A stretch of DNA of 64,000 nucleotides from an uncultured Methanosarcinales archaeon (GTDB lineage Archaea > Nanobdellota > Nanobdellia > Woesearchaeales > GW2011-AR9): contig CAYFMM010000002.1 of assembly GCA_964344285.1 (NCBI GenBank), forward strand, positions 72-64,071, read 5' to 3'. The notes under the pieces are model-generated. The model searched no databases. It was given only the letters and a program-made list of their open reading frames with translations, and had not been told where the DNA came from. The position numbers and the translations under genes were made by a program. Positions 18,948-28,500 of this stretch are shown here, one piece after another; position 1 is the stretch's first letter, and each line of letters starts with the position of its first letter.

Positions 18948-20054
18948 TTATTTTTTCAAAAATTTATCAACCTTAAGAGGATCCCATCCCCTAGCAACAA
19001 GTCTCGATTTAATCATCTGACCATTCATCCCTCGTTGTTTTGACTTAGTAATGTATTCCTTTAGCGGTGCATATTTTTTGTTATTTGAACGAATTAAGAT
19101 AATAGCTACTACAACAAGTGCAAGCAGTGTTACTCCACTAACTACTGCAGCAACCCACGGAAATTTTGAACTAGAATCAGTATTGCCACCTGCTAAAGGT
19201 TGTGCATCTTGACAAAGTACAAGTAAGGGATCACAAGTACCAGGACAAATTTGTAATATATCGTATCCAGACCCATCAAAGGAACATTGCTCAATTACAT
19301 CACCGTTACATCTTTTTGTATTTGGTTCACAGAACTGTTGTGCTGCTGCAACCCGAGAGGGTTGACAAGTTCTTGATTCTTCAGGTTTAGGTATTTGTGT
19401 AACGTTCATGGTTGCAGGATTACAGTTGTCAATTCTTACACAAGTTCTTGTTTGTTGCGCTCCCTGACATGTTGTCCAACCACTACATTGCCAGTTATAC
19501 CTACAAGTCGTACTTGATTCTTGTGCTGAGGTTGTATCAGAAGAACGAGAACTACCACTTCTTCTTGAACTCCCTGAGCTACTTGGACTGTCTGAATCTG
19601 AAGAATCGGAATCAGAATCCGAACCTGAAGTAGTGTCGTCAGTAGTACCAGTATCACTTGAGTCTGAAGTTGCGGGAGCAAGATAATCCAAATTAAATTG
19701 TTCTACAGTTCCAGCAGAATATGTTGCTGTGCCCACAGGTTGACGAGTTCCAAAAGTATCAAGAACAAAAAAAGTTAAAGTTGCATCTTGAGCAGTGCGA
19801 ACCTTCAAAGTAGGAGAATACCCATATTGAGCATTGGAAATTTGAGTTCTTGTTAGTTCTGTTCCAGAAGACTCCACCACTAAAATAAAAGTGCCAAGAG
19901 GAAGATTTTGAATTGAGCCATAAAATTGATGAAAATCAGTTAAGGACGGAGGGTTGTTTTGTGCCACTGCAAGAGAGGCTAATGAGAAAAGCATACAGAG
20001 AACTATAAGTAATGTTAAAAAACGCTGCAAGGTTGTTTTGCTTCCTTGGTTCAT
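18948..20054 (-). CDS. Type I membrane protein: signal peptide, ectodomain, Ser/Asp-rich linker, WxC Cys-rich repeat region, TM, conserved cytoplasmic tail (paralogous architecture to 10755..11846)
   Basis: Start taken at the internal Met 'MNQGSKTTLQRFLTLLIVLCMLFSLASLAVAQN', an ATGA 4-nt overlap with the upstream gene. The ORF track extends to 20099. Linker 'SDSSDTGTTDDTTSGSDSDSDSSDSDSPSSSGSSRRSGSSRSS'. Cys repeat 'CRYNWQCSGWTTCQGAQQTRTCVRIDNC'. Tail 'LKEYITKSKQRGMNGQMIKSRLVARGWDPLKVDKFLKK' aligns with the tail of 10755..11846. Confidence 0.6.
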   Translation of the reverse strand: MNQGSKTTLQRFLTLLIVLCMLFSLASLAVAQNNPPSLTDFHQFYGSIQNLPLGTFILVVESSGTELTRTQISNAQYGYSPTLKVRTAQDATLTFFVLDTFGTRQPVGTATYSAGTVEQFNLDYLAPATSDSSDTGTTDDTTSGSDSDSDSSDSDSPSSSGSSRRSGSSRSSDTTSAQESSTTCRYNWQCSGWTTCQGAQQTRTCVRIDNCNPATMNVTQIPKPEESRTCQPSRVAAAQQFCEPNTKRCNGDVIEQCSFDGSGYDILQICPGTCDPLLVLCQDAQPLAGGNTDSSSKFPWVAAVVSGVTLLALVVVAIILIRSNNKKYAPLKEYITKSKQRGMNGQMIKSRLVARGWDPLKVDKFLKK

Positions 20055-21631
20055 TGTAATGTATACCTCATTGTTAAGCCACTTGTCGAGTAAATCCAAT
20101 AAGGCCTTCCAGGGATAAGAGGGGTCGTTGGATCAACTTGCGTACAGACATAATTTTGTGCACACGAAAATAGGTTAAACTGTTGTTGTCCTACAAAGTC
20201 AGTAAGTGGCCTTGGCACAATTCCAGGAATGGAAATTAAATTCCACTGAGGTGCAATGATTCTTGTTTGCTCAGTAGGTGAAGGGACAAGTGAAGCAGGC
20301 ATTAAATCTTGTACATTACAAGTAAAGGAAACAGTAGTTGCTTGGGCATTTGTTAATTCTAGGAAATATCCTTCAAAAAGATTGAATTGTGAAATATCAC
20401 CAGGAGAGTTTTGTGATGCCACTACTGGTGCTCCATTGTTAAATGAATAAATTCTTGCTATCTCTGGGTTAGCTGTAAGGAACCGATCAACTTGAGGGCT
20501 TGTTGGAAGACAAGGAAATGCTAGAGGCTGAAGTTGTGTTGTTGCTCTAAGAGTTGCTTCAAATGTTGCTGTTGTTGCAGTAGTAGAAGTCATGCGTAAA
20601 GCAGGGTAATTTTGTTGTTGTTGTGCAAAGACAACATTGCCAACAGCAAAGGTGTAATAGGCATGTGTCTGTTGGGATTGAACGGTTGCAACGATGTCAA
20701 GAACTGCCGCAGTCGAGGAAGAGGGGGCCTGCCAAGAGAAACGTGCAGAGGTAGAATTGTCTACTAATCGTTGTTGAAGATTTGTTAATGGAAGTGCAGA
20801 AGTTTGTCCATTTACTGTGATTTGTGCAGTTATGTCTGGCGAAGTTACACTTGTTGCATTGATGATTCCAGAAAAGGTAGCACCTGGCTGTAAGGAGATG
20901 ATTGGAGTCTGAGCAGTTCTTGGAGGCGCCAAAGTTGCATCAAACACTTCCACAGCAGAAGGTGCTGCATTAACATAGTGTAAGTTTGTAACAGTGATTT
21001 GATTATTTTGAAGTGTTACTTGAAGGTCTGCAATTGGATCTGCTGTAGTGAGGTGAAGGACGGTATTATCGTTTGGAAGGGTAACTTGGTCACGTACTAT
21101 GATCCGATTTGGGTTTGCAGGAGTAGTTGCAGGATAACTTGTTTGAATTGTAAAATTGTAAGTTGGTTGTTGAGCTGCACTAAGAGTTGAAGATGGTTTT
21201 TGTTGAATTGTAAAATTATAGGTCCTATGCGTGAATGAAAGAGGGTCATCAGTAATATTAAAAGTCACAGTCACCGGATTTTGTGGAAGTGTCGTAAAGA
21301 TAAAAGATTCTTCCGTTACTAAGTTTACAGGAGCAATTACTGGCTGAGAGCCAAAGAAGATTGCTTGCCCTACCTGTCCAGAGTAAAACGTCCCAAAGAG
21401 AACAACAACAATGATTAAAAGCAAAGCTATGCTTACAAACATAAAGATACCTTTACCAGATTTTTTTTCTTCGTTAAATTGAGTTGTTGTGTTTTGAGCA
21501 GAAGCACCATTACTAGAAGGAGTAGAGGAGTTAGAAGAAGATCCAGATTGTAATTGTTCTTCAGCTTTCTTTTTAAGGAGAGCTTTTGCAGTTGCTCTTG
21601 TACTCGCTTTTGATGCTGTTGTTTTTGCCAT
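20051..21631 (-). CDS. Type II membrane protein ('MAKTTASK...' basic/Ser-rich cytoplasmic N-terminus, one TM) with beta-rich repetitive ectodomain
   Basis: TM 'IFMFVSIALLLIIVVVLFGTFY'. Internal repeats 'RTYNFTIQQ.../PTYNFTIQTS...'. Many NxT/S sequons. Confidence 0.55.
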   Translation of the reverse strand: MAKTTASKASTRATAKALLKKKAEEQLQSGSSSNSSTPSSNGASAQNTTTQFNEEKKSGKGIFMFVSIALLLIIVVVLFGTFYSGQVGQAIFFGSQPVIAPVNLVTEESFIFTTLPQNPVTVTFNITDDPLSFTHRTYNFTIQQKPSSTLSAAQQPTYNFTIQTSYPATTPANPNRIIVRDQVTLPNDNTVLHLTTADPIADLQVTLQNNQITVTNLHYVNAAPSAVEVFDATLAPPRTAQTPIISLQPGATFSGIINATSVTSPDITAQITVNGQTSALPLTNLQQRLVDNSTSARFSWQAPSSSTAAVLDIVATVQSQQTHAYYTFAVGNVVFAQQQQNYPALRMTSTTATTATFEATLRATTQLQPLAFPCLPTSPQVDRFLTANPEIARIYSFNNGAPVVASQNSPGDISQFNLFEGYFLELTNAQATTVSFTCNVQDLMPASLVPSPTEQTRIIAPQWNLISIPGIVPRPLTDFVGQQQFNLFSCAQNYVCTQVDPTTPLIPGRPYWIYSTSGLTMRYTLQ

Positions 21632-21653
21632 AGTTATTAGTAATTCTTAATTG

Positions 21654-24600
21654 TTATCTTCTTACTTCCACTTCAGTATAATAATTATTGTTTGCCCTAT
21701 CTTCGTTAATTTTTTGTACAATGATTTGAATTGCTTGCCCATCTAAAGTAATAGCCCTTGTATCTCCTTGTGCAAATAAACGATCAAGGATTACTTGTCG
21801 AGGAGTTGCAGAGACATCTGTTATTCGGAGATTGATTAAATCCGTGGGAGTTGCTGTTAATTGTAACACGTATTGATTTCCAGCAGGAGTTGTTACAAAA
21901 TCAAGTAAGCTTGCAGGGAAGGCTCCAACAGTAGAAGTATGGTTAATAGCAATACTTGAACCGTCAGTAGGAACTACGTTGTACGAACGTAGTGCGAATG
22001 TTGCATCAACCGTTCTTTCGTTGATTGGCCCACTTAAGGATTGAGTAATGTCAACAATATTTTGTCCAAGTAAAAGAGTCCCACTTGAAAGGATTGGAGA
22101 TTGCGATTGTATATTTTGAATAGAACTTAATTGTCCTGCAGGATAAGATTGCATTGCAAAGTTTTGTAATAAGCTATCTTGTGCCACTGGTTGGTATAGG
22201 GCGCCTGAGATATTAAACACAGGAACGTCGTTATTAATTACTTGCCCAGTAAAAGCAGTCCAGTTGGTTGGGCCATATGCAGGATTAGTTGAATCTATTC
22301 TTGTTACTTTTCTAATTGTTACTTGTTTATTTTCTCGCGTTAGACCATTTGATTCCAAGACATATTCTTGACCAGCTAAAGTAAGGTATTCATTCCCATC
22401 CACTACAAGTTGTTGCGCTGCTGTAGCTCCCCAACAAACATTTGCTGCAGTTAGGTCTTGGTAAATTTGTTGGTTACATAACTGGAAGCGTTGATTATTG
22501 ATTAAAACACTGTTAGTAGTTGTAAGAGTAAAAGAGTTTTGAGCAACAAAGTTAAGGCTATCTCTAATATCTTGAGAGAGGTAGTAAAATCTAATGACCC
22601 TATTTGGACCTGGAGAACTAGGAATAATAAATTCCACATCCCCTTGAGGGAGAGAGAACATTGCAACTAAGTCTCCATTTCGAGTTTCTAAAGTTGGCTG
22701 ATACACTTGTTGATGGTCTAATGAATAAATTCTTATTTGCTGCATGTCAAAAATTTGAGTTTGTGTATTTTGAGCAGCATAACCAACTGCATAATAGACA
22801 ATTGCATTGGTAATCGGAGTTGTAACTGCAAGAGCAAATTCATTACCGCTGGTTAAATTATTAACAAAGTATTCATCAAATGTACGTTGAGCATAACCAA
22901 GAATATTTGGAACATCATATCTCCTGTAAATAGATACTGTTTTAATAGGAGTATTTCCGTTAACTTGAATGTTGTCGTAATAATATAAGTACGGTCCTCG
23001 CTGAAGAGGTTGTTGATAATTTAGAGAAACTGGTGTTCCACCCACATCTAATTGGAACGTTGGCTGAAACGTTGCAAGATCATTTTGTGCAACTGCAACT
23101 ACCCCTTCGTTTTGAGGAGAAGTAATCCTCACAGGTGTTTGTGAAGACATAGAGACAAAGAGTTGTCCATTTAAATCAACTGGAGTGTCAACTACTTGTT
23201 GAGCTGTTAATGCACTAATTTGGAATGGAGGTGGAGGGACACCATAGTTTCGTTGGATAGTGATTCTTCCTCCATTTAGAGTTGAAAAGTGTGCAATATC
23301 TTCACTGCCAGTTGCAGGGATAGTAGTTTGTCCCGAAGCAGTATAATGAACTAAGTTAATGCTTTGTAAAGATAATTGTGTTTGTTGGGGATGTTCTAGT
23401 AAGTAGACATTATTTTGAAAGCGCACTGCTTTTCTTCTACCTGCAATCATTGCGTTAATAAAGTCATTGTAATTGAGATTAGATTGTGTATTTGCTAAGT
23501 CTGTAAGTGTGAAGATAGATACTTTCTTTTCATTTCCATCATGTTGATAGAGAAATGCATAATCTGTTGTTTGTCCACCTGCAGTCACTGGAAGCACTGT
23601 TAAGACATCACGACGCAGAGTTGCAAGAGTTTGTGCGCCCGCTCCTTGATCATTACATAGTAATGCTTGTTGTAAGTCTGCAGAATTGTCTTGACGGCAG
23701 ATAGTGAGTACACCTAGTGGGTTTGATGCAGGAGTTGTGATGTCAACGGGAGCATTAAGAGCTACTTGAATTTCGTGATCTTGTTCCAAGTTAAAAGGAG
23801 TTACAAAGTTTGCAGGTGCTTCTCCAACATTTCCTGCACGGACCATTACCTGTCCTTGGTTAATTGTGACTATAATTGTCCTACTATTTTCCACATCAAA
23901 GACATAACTATTTGTTCCGGCGTATTGTTGAGCAGCATACGTGGTTAACCTTGGAATGTGGCGAAGTTGGAGCTGATCTAGTGAGAATAAAGTTTGTCCT
24001 GAAGCATGAGTTAATTCATAATATTGATTTTCTAAGACGAATAAAAGAGACTGTCCTTGAATCAAATTTTGTGAAAATATGCCTAAAGGGAATTGAATAC
24101 CTTGTCCCCCTACAGAGATAGAGTTTGTTAGAATTGCATCTACTTGTTTTTGTGATCCTTGAGTCGGTTGTTGATAAAGAAAAGTTATTTGCTGATTCGT
24201 AGTCGGGTTTCTATTTGCATTACGGAGCACAGAAAGTGATTCTATTGGATTTTGTGGAGAACCTTGCAAGCAGACAGTTGCCCTATCTGCTACAGATTGT
24301 GTCCCTTGGTCACAAAGGTAAAGGCCGGGGTGTATCGAAGATCCTCCGGCAGTAGCCGCACCAATATAAGTATTAATGTTGTAACATCCATCATCTTGTA
24401 AAGTGAGAGAGTATGATGCATCAAAGTGAAATCTTTCGTCAAAAATAGTTGTAGGATTTACATTAGGATTACAGATTTGCCATTGTCCGCTACTACAATA
24501 AGCTTTCTCACCACCAGTAGTTGTTCTGATTAATCCTTGAATTTCAGGTGTATTATCGCATTGTTCCCAATCTCCAGAGGGAGTACAAAATAAATTACCC

Positions 24601-24977
24601 ATAACGCCAGTCCCTGCTCCTTCTGAAAAACAATTTAGCCCTCCAAACTTCATGGCACAACTTGCTTGACTTGGGCAACATAATTCTAAAGGAACAAAAG
24701 AAGATGGCACTTCAAAATTACCTGTAGAAGGGTTGTATTGATTAATTCTGCTTGAGATCAATTGGCTTCCTGAAGAACATGATTGACCAGTAAGTACAGT
24801 ACCAACTCCTAAAAAAGCTTGTCCTGCTAAGGCTTGATTAAAGTCTTGATCTTGTTGTGAGTCTATAGCACTTGGAGAATAGTAAAAAGAAGCAACAATA
24901 CCTAAAATCACAACAAAAATGAGAGACGTAACTAGAACGGTCTTTCTATTTGCCTCTTTTCCACTCTTTAATGCCAC
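21654..24977 (-). CDS. 1107-aa signal-anchored surface protein with Cys-rich N-terminal module and long beta-rich Gln/Asn/Thr-rich ectodomain
   Basis: N-terminus 'MALKSGKEANRKTVLVTSLIFVVILGIVASFYY'. Cys cluster in the first ~230 aa. No enzymatic motif recognised. Confidence 0.55.
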   Translation of the reverse strand: MALKSGKEANRKTVLVTSLIFVVILGIVASFYYSPSAIDSQQDQDFNQALAGQAFLGVGTVLTGQSCSSGSQLISSRINQYNPSTGNFEVPSSFVPLELCCPSQASCAMKFGGLNCFSEGAGTGVMGNLFCTPSGDWEQCDNTPEIQGLIRTTTGGEKAYCSSGQWQICNPNVNPTTIFDERFHFDASYSLTLQDDGCYNINTYIGAATAGGSSIHPGLYLCDQGTQSVADRATVCLQGSPQNPIESLSVLRNANRNPTTNQQITFLYQQPTQGSQKQVDAILTNSISVGGQGIQFPLGIFSQNLIQGQSLLFVLENQYYELTHASGQTLFSLDQLQLRHIPRLTTYAAQQYAGTNSYVFDVENSRTIIVTINQGQVMVRAGNVGEAPANFVTPFNLEQDHEIQVALNAPVDITTPASNPLGVLTICRQDNSADLQQALLCNDQGAGAQTLATLRRDVLTVLPVTAGGQTTDYAFLYQHDGNEKKVSIFTLTDLANTQSNLNYNDFINAMIAGRRKAVRFQNNVYLLEHPQQTQLSLQSINLVHYTASGQTTIPATGSEDIAHFSTLNGGRITIQRNYGVPPPPFQISALTAQQVVDTPVDLNGQLFVSMSSQTPVRITSPQNEGVVAVAQNDLATFQPTFQLDVGGTPVSLNYQQPLQRGPYLYYYDNIQVNGNTPIKTVSIYRRYDVPNILGYAQRTFDEYFVNNLTSGNEFALAVTTPITNAIVYYAVGYAAQNTQTQIFDMQQIRIYSLDHQQVYQPTLETRNGDLVAMFSLPQGDVEFIIPSSPGPNRVIRFYYLSQDIRDSLNFVAQNSFTLTTTNSVLINNQRFQLCNQQIYQDLTAANVCWGATAAQQLVVDGNEYLTLAGQEYVLESNGLTRENKQVTIRKVTRIDSTNPAYGPTNWTAFTGQVINNDVPVFNISGALYQPVAQDSLLQNFAMQSYPAGQLSSIQNIQSQSPILSSGTLLLGQNIVDITQSLSGPINERTVDATFALRSYNVVPTDGSSIAINHTSTVGAFPASLLDFVTTPAGNQYVLQLTATPTDLINLRITDVSATPRQVILDRLFAQGDTRAITLDGQAIQIIVQKINEDRANNNYYTEVEVRR

Positions 24978-25120
24978 ACTCTATCAGTAGAAAATGAAAT
25001 TTTTTGTGTATATAAAGGTTGCTATAAAGGACAGTTAAGATACGTAAGCACAAGACACTTGATTGAACACTAGGAAAGAAAGAAAAGAAAAAAAAAGGAT
25101 AGAAGAAAAGGATTAAAAAG

Positions 25121-25133
25121 AGCGCCACGGGCC
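25121..25133. repeat. 13-bp direct repeat 'agcgccacgggcc' identical to the 3' end region of tRNA-Ser at 47342..47354 (candidate distal att site)
   Basis: Exact 13-nt GC-rich match in an AT-rich genome, same orientation as the tRNA copy. No cloverleaf can be folded around this copy. Confidence 0.4.
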
Positions 25134-25585
25134 CGCAGGGGACAATCTTGACCAAGACAGTGAGATTTAAAGCTAAAGTGCGCATTCTTTCGAGGTCTGA
25201 TTAGAAGATAGCCGTACCCATTTTATTTCACAAGTACCAAAGCTTACATTTAAAAAGAACAAAATAATCCAAAGAACATGTTAGTTTTTGGCACAGATGT
25301 TCCCCTCATCGAGATTATATTCTCATTAGCTATTTTGACTTTTCTTATCCTTGCAGAAGTAATTATCATCTTGGCATTAATGATAAAGAGGATGAATGAG
25401 TGACCAAGGAACAAGATATTGCTCAGAGATTCCAAATAGAGAACATTTGTATAACTGCGTAGTTTCAAACACAGATAACTCAGACATTTTTATTACAACT
25501 CCAAATGAGCAAACAAGAACCATGACAAACACTTCAAGTAAGAGTGAATCCGTAATTGAGTGTGTTAAAGTTAATTAGTTTTTTT

Positions 25586-28500
25586 CTATTCTCCAAATGG
25601 ACTCTTAAACGTCCAGTCTTGAATTGCTTGGTTGCCTGCTTCATCATGTATTATTAGTGCAACATCATGATAACCACCAAAAAGAGGAGATGGAGTATAA
25701 CTAATACCTGAGGGAGTAATTGTTGCAGATGAGGTAACTATATTTCCATCAAGTTTTAACATAACATTACCTACATCTATTCCAGATAACAGGTCACTAA
25801 ATTGAGCTTCAATCAAAGGTTGAGTTGTGGTTACTTGACCAGCAGGGCCATAATTTGAAATGGTGGGAGGTGTTAAATCTACAAATAATTGTATACTTGC
25901 AATATTACCTTCATTTAAAGCATTATCAACTGCACGAACTTCTATAAGATGAGTTCCTTGACCTAAGTTTATTCCGATAGAGGTCAAAAGTGTCTGTTGC
26001 CAAGAACCACCATTTGTTCTGTATTCATAATACTTAATTCCACTTAGATCACTGATTGGACTCCAAGAAACTGTATGTTGTTGTATATTTATCCAATTAG
26101 TATAGGCAGTGGTTAAAGATGGAGTCCCAGGAGCAGTAGTATCCACTTTCAAATCTTGAGAAGCAATCTGACCTATATTTCCAGCAGCATCAATAGCTCG
26201 AACTTCGACAGGATGTACTCCATCTGACAACGAAGAAGTTGAAAACGATTTTCCTATAACGCTTTGCCAAGGATTTGAATCAACACGATATTCGTAGTAA
26301 TTGATAGAGTCAGCTAAAACATTCCAAATGACATCAAATTGTGTTTGTTGAGTCCACTCCGGATAAAGTGTTCCAAATGTCACAGCATTAGGAGGAGTTG
26401 TATCAATAGTTACATCCAAATTTCCAATTGCACCAGTATTCCCAGAATTATCAATTGCCCTTACACCGATATTTGTAATCCCATCTGGCAAATTAAATTG
26501 TGGATAAAATTCAGTTTGTGTTCCTACAATTACCCAAGGATTACCATCAACAGAGTATTCATATTCTGCAATACCAGATACATCATTCAATGCTTGCCAA
26601 TAAATACGGGGTTGGTCATTATTAGTAGGGCTATTGGGATCTGATTGAACCATCGGTGCAGCTGGACCTTGGAGATCAACATAAAGACTAATATTTGATG
26701 CAGGCCCAACGTTTCCAGCATTGTCAATTGCACGAACTTCCATTGTGTGAATCCCATGTGCTAATGTTTGTGTGGTTGCTTCCCTAATAGTAATTGCTTG
26801 CCAAGCTGCACCATCAACACGATATTCATAACTTGAAATGCCACTTGCATCTACTGGATCAGACCAAGTTACAGTATGTACTTGAACTGGAGTCCAAGTT
26901 GTGTGTGCTGTGTTTAGAGTTGGAGATGGAGGTGGTGTCTGATCTACTTGTGCCGTGACAAAACCAATCCCTCCTTGATTACCCGCAGTGTCCACTGCAT
27001 AAACACTGACGATATGTGTACCCTCAGGAACAGTTATTGTTGCACTTTGATTTAGACTAGCATTTATTGGGGCACTCGAACCGACTTGATATTCATAATG
27101 AGAAATTCCTGAAGCATCAGTTACTGCACTCCAAGTAAGAGCATGACTATTTTGATTTGTCCAGGTATTTGGATTAATTACAACATCTGGTGCAGCAGGA
27201 GCTGTTGTATCAATGTAGATACTTGCTTGCGCAATTGCACCCACATTACCTGCATTGTCAATTGCACGCACACTGATGTTGTGAACTCCACTCGTTAGTG
27301 TTGGAGTAGTAAGTGTTGTTGTAGATCCTACTGAAGTCCAAGTGCCAGCATCAATTGCGTACTCGTAATAATTAACCCCACTTAAATCATTAATAGAGTC
27401 CCAAGACACTTGCACCGTTGATTGAGTTGTCCAAGTTGGTGGACTTACTGTTAGCGTTGGTGCAACTGGTGCTTTGGAGTCTACCTTAAAATGATACGTT
27501 GAGGCAGAACTAAAAAGACCTACTTCGTCTACTGCAACTACATGAACATTCCATTGTCCATCAGGGAATACTGCTTGGCTTTGGTTTGTAAAAGCGCCCA
27601 CCGAAGAGAGATTAAATGAACCTGCATTGGAGAAACGATTCATTCTTCCTGGAACTGTATTTGTAAAAGTATCTGTAACATAATGATACCCAGCAATACC
27701 AGAGTGATTATCTGTTGCATTAGCACTAATTTCTACAATATTATTAGAGTACCACATTTGGTCGTCTGGGTGTGAGTTTGATGTAATCGTAGGAGTTGAT
27801 GGATTCTCTTTATCTATTTTTACGGTAACTACATTTGAAAAAGTCTGGTGGTTTAAAAAGTCAATTGCAATCACAGATAAATCATAAATGCCGGAAGGGT
27901 GAGTTGGATGAAAATAATTTTCCTCAATTGGAGTTGACACCGAATTTCCCGAGAGGAAATAGGTTTGAATACCACTACCCGCATCACCAGGATGATCCCA
28001 AGTGTAATAAGGAGAATCATGTGTTGTCCATTCAGATCCAGAATGCCATTCTTGTAAAAAGATTGGATTTGGAGGCAGTGTATCAATAAAAAGGTTAGTT
28101 GTGCCAACCTCACCAAGGTTTCCAAAATTATCTACTGCACGCACGGCAATTAAATGTGTTCCATCAGTTTGAGAAGGGGTTGTCACACTTGTAGCAGTTC
28201 CAACAGATGTCCAAACACCACCGTCAATTGAATATTCATAATGTGAGATTCCGCTTAAGTCTGTAACAGTTGTCCAAGATACCTGGTGGGTTGTCTGGGT
28301 AGTCCAATTAAATGGCGCTGCATTAACTGTAGGTGCCACTGGACCTTCAAGGTCTAAGACTGTTACTTCTTTTGTTACTTCGTTGTTGCCCTCGTCTGAC
28401 TCTGTTATTAAGTCAGGGAAATCAGCAGTAACAGTCATCTGTTGATCACCGTATGTTGTTGCGTTCCAAACAAAAGTTAAAGTTTGAGAGCTCTGTTGAG

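Noticed and set aside
25124-25200. Possible second tRNA around the 'gcgccacgggcc' match
   Set aside because: The minus-strand sequence has no T-loop (no GTTCRANYC), no D-loop GG and no anticodon stem. Only the acceptor-end 13-mer matches, so I interpret it as an att-site remnant, not a tRNA gene.
25850-28360. Regularly spaced DNA repeats that could be mistaken for a CRISPR array
   Set aside because: The periodicity (~270 nt) comes from in-frame FN3-like protein repeats inside one long ORF. Units are divergent at the DNA level and there are no short identical direct repeats with unique spacers.
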